This document shows positions 54,577-64,000 of a DNA stretch of 64,000 nt, one piece after another. Each line of letters begins with the position of its first letter. Position 1 is the stretch's first letter. Source of the stretch: Idiomarina sp. (GTDB lineage: Bacteria; Pseudomonadota; Gammaproteobacteria; Enterobacterales; Alteromonadaceae). The translations under genes were made by a program, and so were the position numbers. The notes under the pieces are model-generated. The model was not told the DNA's origin. It saw only the letters and a program-made list of their open reading frames with translations, and made no database searches. The stretch lies in the NCBI RefSeq assembly GCF_048260185.1, contig NZ_JBLXHB010000004.1, positions 88,622-152,621 of the forward strand, read 5' to 3'.

Positions 54577-56649
54577 CTAGAAAGCCGTTGCAAACTCTCC
54601 GGGTGGCAACGGCTTTTTGTCGCCCTGAATTTGGCGTTCAATAAACTGTTCAGCAAATTGCAGGCGCATTGGCGGTGAATAAAAATAGCCCTGCATCATG
54701 TCGCAACCCAGCTTTTGCAACATGTCCTGTTGTTCTTCGGTTTCAATTCCTTCGGCAATAACGCGTTTACCCAGACCGTGAGACAGCCGGATCATGGCTT
54801 TTAAAATGGTGACATCATTATTGTTTTGCTGAAGTTCGCTGACAAAGCTGCGGTCTATTTTAATTTTGTTAATAGGTAATGAGCGAAGGTAAGCCAGTGA
54901 AGAGTGGCCGGTACCAAAGTCATCAATAGAAATGCCAAAACCCATTTCCCGCAACCGCTGGATAACACTCATGCCGTTGTGTAAATCTGACATGGCAACG
55001 TTTTCAGTAATCTCAAGCTCCAGCCATTCGGGCGAAATACTGTAGTCTTCAAGCAGTTGCTGCATTTTTTCGATTAACTGGAAATGCTGAAATTGCGGCG
55101 CCGATAAATTCACCGCTACCGGCCAGCAGAGACCAAACTTTTGTTTCCACGAGGCGAGGATAGCCGCCGCGTGGTTTAGCACCCAGTCATCCAGCTCAGT
55201 GGAAAGTCCCAACTGCTCTATATATGGCAGGAACTCTGCCGGGCTCAGCAGGCCGCGATCAGGATGTTGCCAACGGATAAGGGCTTCAAAGCCGCAAAGC
55301 TGTTGATGGTCAAAATCAAACTGCGGCTGAAGATACAGGGTGAACTCATTCTCCCGCATCGCGCGTCGCAAAATTGGCTCCATATCAACCAGGTGGGAAT
55401 ACATCTCATCCATGCCCCGCTCATAAACGGTAACACTGGGCTGGTGTGATTGCTTCGCCTGAGTCAGCGCAATGGTTGCTTTATTCAGCAGAACTTCCGA
55501 GCGACTGCCGTGCTGAGGGTAGCGAGCAATACCAATACCCGCGGCGATATTCAGCGTTTTTTCGCCCACTTCAATGGGGTTACTAAGTGTGTCCTGAAGC
55601 TCTGTAGCTAAATCTTTTATAAGGCTGCGGCTTTTTAAATGATCAAAGGCAAGAGCGAAGACATCGCCGCTGATACGGGATACCGCCAGAGGCTGTTTGC
55701 GAAAGTTCTGCAGGCGTCGGGCAATTTCTTTTAACACCTGGTCACCACCGCGAATACCAATGTTTTCGTTAACCACTTTAAAGCGACTGACGCCAACAAG
55801 TATAATGGTTAATTGACGGTTGTTACTGCGGCAATACTCGATGAATAAAGGAATTTTACTAACCAGCTGATCACGGTTAGAGACTCCGGTCAGCGCGTCA
55901 TGGGTGTGCAGATACTCAGCTCTTTGAATGGCGCGCACGGCGGTATTACGCTCAGATTCCAGCAACCAAATAATTATGCCGACAATGACGGCTGCAATGA
56001 GGATAACGGTGAGCAGTGACTGAAAGCTGAGGATCCAGTCTATGGCGTTGCCGGGCAAAAAGAAAATAGCAGCAAGTACAATAAAGTTTTTAAAGCCAAT
56101 GCTGAAAAAGCCACCGGATACCAGTTTGGGGCCGATGCCGCCTCCTAATTTCCGCCACATAAGCAAGCTGATGGCGACTAACGCTAAGCCAGTGACCAGA
56201 AACCGCATAAATCCGGCATTGGGCGTGTTACCTGCATCGCTTATGGTGGGATCTAGCCAAAAATAGGAAATAATACCGCCCAGCAGTGACACCCCATAAG
56301 CTATATATTGCCAGTAATTTTGTGGTTTTTTATTAAAAGCGGCACAAGAGGCACCCAGGGCAATAAACGAAATGGCGAGGTACTGGCAAGTTAAAGCGAC
56401 CCCTTGTAAACCACTGGACCAGCTAAGCGCAGACTCGGGCGCGACCATTGCGCTTCCGGCCAGAAAGGCTCTGATGATTTCTCCAGGACCAAATGCACAG
56501 CAGGCGAAAGCCCAGTAACCTAGATAATCACGTTGATAGTATCTATGGTAATACATCAGTAAAGCGGCAAATCCGAGCAGAAAAACTGCCTGTATTGAAT
56601 GCGCAAAGGTCTCTATAGCCAGACTGGTCATGAGGTCGAGCTGGGGCAT
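54577..56649 (-). CDS. membrane-anchored GGDEF-EAL protein (degenerate GGDEF, intact-looking EAL)
   Basis: About 8 N-terminal TM helices. The GGDEF position reads RISGDVFAL. The EAL domain has EALIRW, DDFGTG and KIDRSF motifs. Confidence 0.8.
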   Translation of the reverse strand: MPQLDLMTSLAIETFAHSIQAVFLLGFAALLMYYHRYYQRDYLGYWAFACCAFGPGEIIRAFLAGSAMVAPESALSWSSGLQGVALTCQYLAISFIALGASCAAFNKKPQNYWQYIAYGVSLLGGIISYFWLDPTISDAGNTPNAGFMRFLVTGLALVAISLLMWRKLGGGIGPKLVSGGFFSIGFKNFIVLAAIFFLPGNAIDWILSFQSLLTVILIAAVIVGIIIWLLESERNTAVRAIQRAEYLHTHDALTGVSNRDQLVSKIPLFIEYCRSNNRQLTIILVGVSRFKVVNENIGIRGGDQVLKEIARRLQNFRKQPLAVSRISGDVFALAFDHLKSRSLIKDLATELQDTLSNPIEVGEKTLNIAAGIGIARYPQHGSRSEVLLNKATIALTQAKQSHQPSVTVYERGMDEMYSHLVDMEPILRRAMRENEFTLYLQPQFDFDHQQLCGFEALIRWQHPDRGLLSPAEFLPYIEQLGLSTELDDWVLNHAAAILASWKQKFGLCWPVAVNLSAPQFQHFQLIEKMQQLLEDYSISPEWLELEITENVAMSDLHNGMSVIQRLREMGFGISIDDFGTGHSSLAYLRSLPINKIKIDRSFVSELQQNNNDVTILKAMIRLSHGLGKRVIAEGIETEEQQDMLQKLGCDMMQGYFYSPPMRLQFAEQFIERQIQGDKKPLPPGEFATAF
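54581..54619 (+). terminator. candidate Rho-independent terminator after hslU
   Basis: AAAGCCGTTGC-N14-GCAACGGCTTT followed by TTTGT. It overlaps the 3' coding end of the convergent GGDEF-EAL gene. Confidence 0.5.
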
Positions 56650-56809
56650 GAAAATAGCAATTCACTTTATTATTATTATGGTTAGTTAGATTAAACGGGT
56701 TTTTATTCTATAATTCAAGGGTTTCGTTGCCGCTATCAGGTTGCTTTTGTCCGCACCGGATAGCAGGTATACTGCCAGCTACTGCTATAGCAACGTCAGG
56801 AATACAATC

Positions 56810-57295
56810 ATGGAATACAACACTTCAGAACTTTGCGATTTATACCCCGATATGGTCGATGTGGTTGAACCCATGTTTGAGTCTTACGGAGGCCGCAGCT
56901 CTTTTGGCGGAAGTTTAGTTATTATCAAGTGCCATGAAGACAAAGGGCTTATTGAGGAAACCATTGCCGGCGACGGTGGTGGGAAGATTCTATTGATTGA
57001 TGGTGGTGGTTCATCACGCCGCGCTCTGGTTGATGCAGCCATTGCTGAGCAAGCCATGGATAACGACTGGGAAGGCATTGTCTGTTACGGTGCCGTGCGC
57101 GAAGTCGACGCGCTGGAAGAGCTGGATATTGGTATTCTGGGCGTTGCTTCTATTCCGGTTGGAGCTATTAGCGAAGGCGTGGGTGAGCTGAACGTGCCGG
57201 TAAACTTTGGCGGTGTGACTTTTCTGCCGGAAGACCACCTTTATATCGATACTACTGGCGTTATCTTGTCTCCGGAACCATTAGATATTGAATGA
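56810..57295 (+). CDS. rraA: RNase E inhibitor RraA
   Basis: [34 protein letters not shown]...[15 protein letters not shown]... is a canonical RraA sequence. I trimmed the tracked ORF from 56741. Confidence 0.9.
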   Translation: MEYNTSELCDLYPDMVDVVEPMFESYGGRSSFGGSLVIIKCHEDKGLIEETIAGDGGGKILLIDGGGSSRRALVDAAIAEQAMDNDWEGIVCYGAVREVDALEELDIGILGVASIPVGAISEGVGELNVPVNFGGVTFLPEDHLYIDTTGVILSPEPLDIE

Positions 57296-58341
57296 TGAGT
57301 GACATCTCTTACTTAGAACTGACCGACCCGGCAAAATGGGTCACGGTACGTGAGCAGGAAACTAAAATTGGTCAGGCTATTCGGGGGCTCTCTGAAGAGG
57401 GTACTTACGAAGAGAGTCTGGCGGAAGCCTGGGAAGACGGTCAGCGCGTAGCGCTAGTGGGTATTCCCGAAAGTATTGGGGTGCGAGCTAACCTTGGTCG
57501 CGCTGGCGCCGATGACGGCTGGCAGGCTTTTTTGAAAAGCTTCTTAAACCTGCAAAAAACCGGCCTACTTTCTACGCACGAATTGTTGCTGGTTGGAGCG
57601 GTTAATTGCGACGACTTAAACGAAAAGGCAGCTGAACTCGATGCTGCAGACGCTCATGATCTCGCTACCTTACGTGAGCTTTGTGCGCAGGTTGATGCCC
57701 GCGTCGAGAAAATTCTGACACCGTTGTTCGAGCAGGGTTTTGAGGTCATTGTTATCGGCGGGGGGCACAATAATGCGTATCCGCTACTGAAAAGCTTACA
57801 TAAAGTGACAAAGGAAGCTTGTGGTGCGGTCAATTTAGACCCTCATGCAGATTTCCGTCCGCGCGAAGGCCGTCATTCGGGCAATGGCTTTAGTTACGCT
57901 TATATGGAAGGCGCGCTGGAGTTTTATCATATTGTTGGTCTGCATCAGGGTAAGAACTCAGCCAGTAGTCTGCGTCAGCTGCAGGATGCGGGAATGCGTT
58001 ACCATACCCTGCACCGCTTATATGAGCGTTCATTTGTCGAGGTAATGGACGAAGTAGTCTCGAAAGCCGTGTCCTGGCAGCGACCTCTTGGTATTGAGGT
58101 AGACGTTGATGCATTAAATGCCGTACCGGCTAGTGCTGTAAACTATGTTGGCTTAAGTCTGGGCCAGGGTTTTCAGTACGTTAAGCGTTTAGCTGAGGTG
58201 AACGAAGCGCGTTATTTACACCTTGCCGAAGCCGCGCCGTCATTGTGCAGTGCAGGCTTCGACGAAGGTATGAAAATATGCGGACAGTTGCTTAGCGAGC
58301 TGACCACGGCTTATTTACACGGTCGTGAGCGACGCCGTTAA
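57292..58341 (+). CDS. hutG: arginase-family formimidoylglutamase
   Basis: 349 aa with arginase-fold metal motifs ([24 protein letters not shown]). Adjacent to hutI/hutC/hutU/hutH. Confidence 0.7.
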   Translation: MMSDISYLELTDPAKWVTVREQETKIGQAIRGLSEEGTYEESLAEAWEDGQRVALVGIPESIGVRANLGRAGADDGWQAFLKSFLNLQKTGLLSTHELLLVGAVNCDDLNEKAAELDAADAHDLATLRELCAQVDARVEKILTPLFEQGFEVIVIGGGHNNAYPLLKSLHKVTKEACGAVNLDPHADFRPREGRHSGNGFSYAYMEGALEFYHIVGLHQGKNSASSLRQLQDAGMRYHTLHRLYERSFVEVMDEVVSKAVSWQRPLGIEVDVDALNAVPASAVNYVGLSLGQGFQYVKRLAEVNEARYLHLAEAAPSLCSAGFDEGMKICGQLLSELTTAYLHGRERRR

Positions 58342-59518
58342 ACCACAAGGTTTTTAACGGGTTCACGCCAAACTGGTAAGTGAGCTCAGCGGCGTCTTTG
58401 CAATTCCAGAGTGCTAAATCTGCGTAACAGCCTTCTGCAATAACGCCGCGCTGGTTCTCGCCTAATGCTTTTGCTGCATTGACGGTAACGCCCCGCAGAC
58501 ACTCTTCCGGCGTCATGTGGAAGAAGGTTGCAGCCATTTGCAGCATTAACGGTAGGTTGTGAATCGGCGATGAACCCGGGTTTGCGTCGGTGGCAATAGC
58601 CATGGGTACAGCATGTTTTCGCAGTAACTCAACCGGCGGTTTTTGCGTGTCACGCAGGAAGTAAAATGCGCCGGGCAATAACACCGCCACAGTGCCATTT
58701 TCAGCCATGGCTTTCACACCCTCTTCATCCAGTTGCTCAAGATGATCAGCCGATAAAGCCTGATAGTCCGCGGCCAGCTTGGCACCTTTCTGATTGGTGA
58801 TTTGCTCGGCGTGAAGCTTAATTGGTAGTCCTAACTCTTTTGCCGCTTTAAACACTTTTTCGGTTTGTGCCGGACTAAATCCAATGCTTTCACAAAAGGC
58901 GTCAACGGCGTCGACCAGGCCTTCATTAGCCAGTGTGGGTAAAATGTTTTGAATAATTTCTTCAATATAGCCGTCGGCGTTCTCACTAAACTCTTCGGGC
59001 ACCGCGTGCGCGGCCAGCAACGTCGTTTTAATGTTGACCGGTAGCTGCTCGGCGAGCTGGCGAGCCACGGTCAACTGTTTGCGCTCGTTTTCTAAGTCCA
59101 GTCCGTAACCGGACTTCACTTCTATGGTCGTCACCCCTTGCGACATAAGCGTTTCTGCGCGCTCTAAAGCCAGTTCCAGTAACTCTTCTGCGGAGGCTTC
59201 GCGGGTGGCTTTAACGGTACTTTTGATACCACCGCCCTGCTCGGCAATTTCCTGGTAGCTGGCACCGTGCAGACGTTGCGCGAATTCGTTAGCGCGGGAC
59301 CCGGCCCAAACCAGGTGAGTGTGACAATCAATTAACCCGGGAGTCAGCAGGCCGCCGTTACCGTCAATCACTTCCGCAGTCGGGGTAGCGGGGGCGTCAA
59401 AAGCGGCACCCACAAATTCAATTTTGCCCTTATTAATAATGACTGTAGCGTCCTGGATAAGGCCATAACCCTTATCATCCGTCATTGTCGCTGCGTTGAT
59501 ATTTTCTATGCGTTGCAT
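58292..59518 (-). CDS. hutI: imidazolonepropionase
   Basis: 408 aa with PGLIDCHTHLV, KLHAEQ and ATDANPG amidohydrolase motifs. Confidence 0.9.
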   Translation of the reverse strand: MQRIENINAATMTDDKGYGLIQDATVIINKGKIEFVGAAFDAPATPTAEVIDGNGGLLTPGLIDCHTHLVWAGSRANEFAQRLHGASYQEIAEQGGGIKSTVKATREASAEELLELALERAETLMSQGVTTIEVKSGYGLDLENERKQLTVARQLAEQLPVNIKTTLLAAHAVPEEFSENADGYIEEIIQNILPTLANEGLVDAVDAFCESIGFSPAQTEKVFKAAKELGLPIKLHAEQITNQKGAKLAADYQALSADHLEQLDEEGVKAMAENGTVAVLLPGAFYFLRDTQKPPVELLRKHAVPMAIATDANPGSSPIHNLPLMLQMAATFFHMTPEECLRGVTVNAAKALGENQRGVIAEGCYADLALWNCKDAAELTYQFGVNPLKTLWFNGVAHDRVNKPWSAR

Positions 59519-59564
59519 AACAGTCCTTTAAGGTTGGTTCTGATAAAAGAGTAGCAAAAGCTGC

Positions 59565-59576
59565 TTGTATATACAA
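59565..59576. promoter_or_regulatory. candidate HutC operator (perfect 12-bp palindrome TTGTATATACAA)
   Basis: A perfect palindrome in the hutI-hutC divergent intergenic region. It contains the GT..TA..AC core pattern used by HutC-subfamily GntR regulators. Confidence 0.5.
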
Positions 59577-59640
59577 TTATTCTGAACTAGACTTTTAGCC
59601 TCAAAACATCGAATCATGTCATTTACATGTTGGGGTCGGG

Positions 59641-60342
59641 ATGAACAAGTTCTCAAAGATAAAACAGCACATTTATCTGAAGATAGAATCCGGTGAGTGG
59701 CCTGAAAACCACCCTGTCAGTTCAGAAAACGCTTTATCGGCGCAGTTTTCTGTCAGTCGAATGACGGCCAGGCGCGCGCTACAGGAACTGGCCGACGAAG
59801 GTCTGGTCATTCGCACCCAGGGCTCTGGTACCTACGTTGCGCCAATTAAGTCACAAACCTCATTTATGGCCATTCGCAATATTGCCGATGAAGTGCGTTC
59901 ACGAGGTCACGACTATCGGGCCAAAGTTCATCTGCTGAAAGAACAGCCGGCCTCGACTCAGGTAGCTGAAGCGCTGGAGCTGGAAGAAGGTAGTCCGGTG
60001 TTTCATTCGTTAATCACCCACTTCGAAAACGACCTGCCGGTGCAGCTGGAAGAGCGTTTTGTTAACCCGAAACTGGTTCCCGATTACCTTAAGCAGGATT
60101 ACAGCAAGGTGACTCCGCACGAATATTTATGCGTGGTCAGCCCGCTTACCGAAGCCAGTCATCAAATTGAAGCCATTCTGCCGGTCAATACTCTCTGCCA
60201 ATACTTAAGTATCGACCGTCACGAACCTTGTCTCAGAATTTTGCGCCGCACCTGGAGCTCTGGTGGCGTGGTGACTTTCGCCACTCTGACCCATCCGGGT
60301 TCCCGCTTTAAGTTAGGCGGCCATTTAACTTTTAAGGAGTAA
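59641..60342 (+). CDS. hutC: histidine-utilisation repressor HutC (GntR family)
   Basis: 233 aa with a GntR wHTH (SENALSAQFSVSRMTARRALQELADEGLVIRTQGSGTYV) plus a UTRA C-domain. First gene of hutCUH. Confidence 0.85.
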   Translation: MNKFSKIKQHIYLKIESGEWPENHPVSSENALSAQFSVSRMTARRALQELADEGLVIRTQGSGTYVAPIKSQTSFMAIRNIADEVRSRGHDYRAKVHLLKEQPASTQVAEALELEEGSPVFHSLITHFENDLPVQLEERFVNPKLVPDYLKQDYSKVTPHEYLCVVSPLTEASHQIEAILPVNTLCQYLSIDRHEPCLRILRRTWSSGGVVTFATLTHPGSRFKLGGHLTFKE

Positions 60343-60345
60343 GTT

Positions 60346-62022
60346 ATGTCATTCACCCGTTTGGATAGAAGTCGCAAAATTAGCGCACCTCATGGAACCG
60401 AGCTAACCACCTGCAACTGGCAGGTTGAAGCTGCAAAGCGGATGCTAATGAACAATCTGGATGACGAAGTTGCCGAACATCCACAGGCGCTGGTTGTTTA
60501 CGGCGGAATTGGTCGTGCAGCGCGCAGCTGGGAATGCTATGACAAAATTATTGAAACTTTAGAGCGCTTGAAACCCACCGAATCGCTGCTGATTCAGTCC
60601 GGTAAGCCGGTGGGTGTTTTCCCGACGCATGAAGATGCGCCTCGTGTATTGATTGCGAACTCTAACCTGGTGCCGGAATGGGCGAATTGGGAGCACTTTA
60701 ACGAACTCGATAAGAAAGGCCTGATGATGTACGGCCAGATGACCGCGGGCTCTTGGATTTACATTGGTTCACAAGGCATTGTGCAGGGCACTTACGAAAC
60801 CTTTGGGTCGGTTTCGCGTCAGCACTTTAACGGTGATGCGAAAGGTAAGTGGGTACTTACTGGTGGTCTTGGTGGTATGGGTGGTGCGCAGCCATTGGCG
60901 GCAACCATGGCCGGTTTTTGTATGCTGGCTGTTGAATGTGACGAGTCACGTATCGATTTCCGTTTGCGCACCGGTTATGTGGACCATAAAGCCACTAACT
61001 TAGACGATGCGTTAAAACTGATTAACGACGCCATGGCGAAAGGCGAAGCGATTTCAGTGGGCTTATTGGGTAACGCCGCTGACGTTTATGCGGAATTGCA
61101 GCAGCGGGGCGTAACGCCGGATGTGGTCACTGACCAAACGTCTGCGCATGACCCTCTGCATGGCTATTTGCCACAAGGTTGGACTCTGGAAGAATACAAA
61201 GCCAAGCAGGAAAGCGATGCCACCGGTACGGTAAATGCTGCGAAAGAATCCATGGCGGTACAGGTGCGCGCTATGCTGCACTTCCAGAAAGAAGGCGCCG
61301 CGGTACTGGATTACGGCAACAACATTCGCCAGATGGCCAAAGACGTGGGTGTGGATAACGCCTTTGATTTCCCCGGATTTGTTCCGGCTTATATTCGTCC
61401 GCTGTTCTGTGAAGGTATTGGCCCGTTCCGCTGGGTTGCGCTTTCGGGTGACCCGGAAGACATTTACAAAACCGACCAGAAAGTCAAAGAACTGATTCCG
61501 GACAATGAGCACCTGCACAACTGGCTGGATATGGCCAAAGAACGCATTAGCTTCCAGGGCTTGCCGTCCCGTATTTGCTGGATTGGCCTCAAAGACCGTG
61601 CCCGCATTGCCCGTGCGTTTAACGACATGGTGAAAAGCGGCGAGCTGAAAGCGCCGGTGGTTATTGGTCGTGATCACCTGGATTCTGGGTCAGTTGCCAG
61701 CCCTAATCGCGAAACCGAAGCTATGCAGGACGGATCTGATGCGGTATCGGACTGGCCGCTGCTAAATGCTTTGCTGAATACAGCAGGCGGCGCGACCTGG
61801 GTGAGCCTGCACCATGGTGGTGGTGTGGGCATGGGTTACTCACAGCACGCCGGTGTGGTGATTGTCGCCGACGGTACTGAAGAAGCTGACAAACGGTTAG
61901 GCCGGGTGCTGTGGAACGATCCGGGCACTGGCGTTATGCGTCATGCCGACGCCGGATACGATATTGCGAAAAACTGCGCCCGTGAACAAGGGCTTGATTT
62001 ACCTATGCTGGATACGAAGTAA
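60346..62022 (+). CDS. hutU: urocanate hydratase
   Basis: 558 aa. [13 protein letters not shown] (NAD site), QTSAHDP and [10 protein letters not shown] are characteristic. Confidence 0.95.
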   Translation: MSFTRLDRSRKISAPHGTELTTCNWQVEAAKRMLMNNLDDEVAEHPQALVVYGGIGRAARSWECYDKIIETLERLKPTESLLIQSGKPVGVFPTHEDAPRVLIANSNLVPEWANWEHFNELDKKGLMMYGQMTAGSWIYIGSQGIVQGTYETFGSVSRQHFNGDAKGKWVLTGGLGGMGGAQPLAATMAGFCMLAVECDESRIDFRLRTGYVDHKATNLDDALKLINDAMAKGEAISVGLLGNAADVYAELQQRGVTPDVVTDQTSAHDPLHGYLPQGWTLEEYKAKQESDATGTVNAAKESMAVQVRAMLHFQKEGAAVLDYGNNIRQMAKDVGVDNAFDFPGFVPAYIRPLFCEGIGPFRWVALSGDPEDIYKTDQKVKELIPDNEHLHNWLDMAKERISFQGLPSRICWIGLKDRARIARAFNDMVKSGELKAPVVIGRDHLDSGSVASPNRETEAMQDGSDAVSDWPLLNALLNTAGGATWVSLHHGGGVGMGYSQHAGVVIVADGTEEADKRLGRVLWNDPGTGVMRHADAGYDIAKNCAREQGLDLPMLDTK

Positions 62023-62031
62023 GGAGGTTGC

Positions 62032-63567
62032 ATGAGTCATTTTGAATTACAGCCAGGACAGTTGCAGTTAAGCGAACTGCGCAACTGGTTTTATCAGCAT
62101 CAGACACTGAAGCTGTCTGATGAAGCGAAAGACAACATTGCGACCTCGGCAAAAACCGTGGCGGATGTGCTGGAGCAGGGGCGAGTGGTTTACGGTATTA
62201 ATACCGGTTTTGGGCTGTTGGCGAATACTCGTATTCCACCTGAGCGTCTGACTGATCTGCAGCGTCGTATTGTGTTATCGCACGCTGCGGGAACCGGCGA
62301 TTTAATGGAAGACGCCGTGGTGCGGTTAATGTTGTTGTTGAAAATTAACTCTCTGTCGCGTGGCTTTTCGGGTGTGCGTCCGGTGTTGGTTGATGCGCTG
62401 ATAAAACTGTTAAACGCCGAAGTGTACCCCTGCATTCCGGAAAAAGGTTCAGTGGGCGCATCTGGTGATTTAGCACCACTGGCTCACATGGTGTTGCCGT
62501 TAGTGGGTGAAGGTACAGTTCGTCACAATGGCGAGGTACTAAACGCTGAGGAAGGTTTAAGAATAGCGGGTATTGAGCCCTTTGAACTGGCACCGAAAGA
62601 AGGTCTGGCTCTGTTAAACGGTACTCAGGCATCAACAGCATTAGCGTTGGCAGGCCTGTTCCGAATTGAGCGTAATTACCATGCAGCCATTGTGGTGGGT
62701 GCGACCTCTGTGGAAGCGGCAATGGGTTCGCGTGCGCCGTTTGACGAACGTGTACACGCCGTGCGTGGACAGCCGGGGCAAATTAAAGCCGCCGAAATGC
62801 TGCGTCACGTGCTGACTGACAGCTCTGAAATTGCTAAAGACCACGAGAACTGCGAGAAAGTGCAGGACCCGTATTCTCTGCGTTGTCAGCCTCAGGTAAT
62901 GGGTGCGGTGCTAGACCAAATTGAGCATGCCTCGGGTATTTTAGTGCGCGAAGCCAACGGTGTTACTGACAACCCACTGGTGTTCAGCGAAGAGCAGGAT
63001 ATTATTTCCGGTGGTAACTTCCACGCAGAGCCTGTCGCTATGGCAGCCGATATTCTGGCCATTGCTGCCAGCGAAATTGGTGCCTTGTCAGAGCGTCGTA
63101 GTGCCCTGCTCATAGACAGCCATTTAAGCAAGTTGCCCGCGTTTTTGGTGAATGATGGCGGAGTAAACTCAGGCTTTATGTTGGCGCAGGTTACCGCTGC
63201 AGCATTGGCGTCAGAAAACAAAACCCTGGCGCATCCCGCTTCGGTGGATAGCCTGCCAACTTCTGCTAACCAGGAAGACCATGTGTCGATGGCAACCTTT
63301 GCAGCGCGCCGATTAACGGACATTGCTAAAAACGTCAGCGACATTATTGCTATTGAGTGGTTAGAAGCAGCTCAGGGTCTGGACTTCCGTCGTCCTTTAA
63401 AAGGTGCGGCTGCGGTTGAAACTGCGTTTAACTGTTTGCGTGAGCAAGTGGCTTATTATGCTGAAGACCGTTTCTTTGCGCCTGATATTAAAGCGGCTAG
63501 CGACCTGATTCAAAATGGCGAGTTAGCGGCAGTGGTGCAACTACCGCATATTCTGTCCGAGACTTAA
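62032..63567 (+). CDS. hutH: histidine ammonia-lyase
   Basis: 511 aa. [14 protein letters not shown] carries the MIO-forming Ala-Ser-Gly triad. Confidence 0.95.
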   Translation: MSHFELQPGQLQLSELRNWFYQHQTLKLSDEAKDNIATSAKTVADVLEQGRVVYGINTGFGLLANTRIPPERLTDLQRRIVLSHAAGTGDLMEDAVVRLMLLLKINSLSRGFSGVRPVLVDALIKLLNAEVYPCIPEKGSVGASGDLAPLAHMVLPLVGEGTVRHNGEVLNAEEGLRIAGIEPFELAPKEGLALLNGTQASTALALAGLFRIERNYHAAIVVGATSVEAAMGSRAPFDERVHAVRGQPGQIKAAEMLRHVLTDSSEIAKDHENCEKVQDPYSLRCQPQVMGAVLDQIEHASGILVREANGVTDNPLVFSEEQDIISGGNFHAEPVAMAADILAIAASEIGALSERRSALLIDSHLSKLPAFLVNDGGVNSGFMLAQVTAAALASENKTLAHPASVDSLPTSANQEDHVSMATFAARRLTDIAKNVSDIIAIEWLEAAQGLDFRRPLKGAAAVETAFNCLREQVAYYAEDRFFAPDIKAASDLIQNGELAAVVQLPHILSET

Positions 63568-63577
63568 AATTGCGGGG

Positions 63578-64000
63578 TTAATCCCGCTTTGCTAAAACCA
63601 CAAAGCGGCCGGTAAATTCTGCTACCGGCTGCTCTTCATCTAATATTTGCGCTTTTAGTGTTAAACGGGCATTTTTCCCCTGCTTTAACGCGGAGAAGTC
63701 ACCGGTAACGTCGCTTAACCGTGCTATTGCCCTGGGTTCCTGGGTAACCGGTTTGTGGTAATGAATGTTACCATCACCTAATACCACTGCCCCTTCCAGT
63801 TCCCGCTCTAACAACTGTAAATGCAGCAACCCCCAGCAGGTTAAAGTACCCAGTGAGTAAATGCTGCCGGCAAACATGGTGCCGTGTACATTAATGTTTC
63901 GCGAGAGTACCGCGCGGGTTTCGAATACACGACCCGTATACTGATGAATTTTAATGCCCATGGCATCGGAAATAGGAATGTCTTCCTGCCAGGTTTTCTG
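63578..64000 (-). CDS. hotdog-fold thioesterase (YiiD C-terminal-domain-like); 5' end runs off the window
   Basis: The frame stays open upstream of the tracked Met (QKTWQEDIPISDAMGIKIH...) to the window edge. GTMFAGSIYSLGTLTCWGLL is a typical thioesterase-domain pattern. Confidence 0.55.
   Translation of the reverse strand, partial: QKTWQEDIPISDAMGIKIHQYTGRVFETRAVLSRNINVHGTMFAGSIYSLGTLTCWGLLHLQLLERELEGAVVLGDGNIHYHKPVTQEPRAIARLSDVTGDFSALKQGKNARLTLKAQILDEEQPVAEFTGRFVVLAKRD

Overview
The window splits into two parts. Bases 1-1963 and 29679-64000 are ordinary gammaproteobacterial core genome. Bases 1964-29678 are a ~27.7-kb AT-rich Tn7-like transposon.

**Core genome.** The left flank carries an Lrp/AsnC regulator and a LysE exporter. 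The right side carries yhiN, a peroxiredoxin, rsmJ, elaA, dam, a damX-like gene, aroB, aroK, hofQ/pilQ plus three pilM/N/O-P-like genes, mrcA, metL, metJ, a malic enzyme, rpmE, priA, argS, an ftsN-like SPOR gene, hslVU, a GGDEF-EAL protein, rraA and the hutGICUH cluster. This matches the E. coli-type mrcA-hof-aroKB-damX-dam synteny.

**Transposon.** The ends can be read directly. The 28-bp terminal inverted repeats match at 22/28 positions, both ends carry repeated AGTTTGCAC motifs, and a 5-bp duplication (TTACC) flanks the element. The tnsA-proximal end abuts the yhiN stop codon. The element encodes tnsA-tnsB-tnsC, a TnsD/TniQ selector and a second, shorter TniQ-like protein.

**Cargo.**
- A Septu-like ATPase + HNH pair.
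- An orphan 272-aa + zinc-ribbon pair.
- A 1434-aa, G+C-richer NACHT/STAND NTPase with a C-terminal PD-(D/E)xK-like motif.
- A mosaic region with attC-like recombination sites but no integron integrase.

The mosaic region contains two HEPN paralogs, a Panacea-type toxin-antitoxin pair and a putative graspetide RiPP operon with a three-core precursor and an ATP-grasp ligase. It also holds a secreted Cys-rich tandem-repeat protein, an intact IS3-family IS with an A_AAA_AAG frameshift site, an IS3 remnant, and a ~470-nt non-coding module present twice.

I saw no rRNA, tRNA or CRISPR arrays. All family assignments come from reading motifs by eye and need profile searches.
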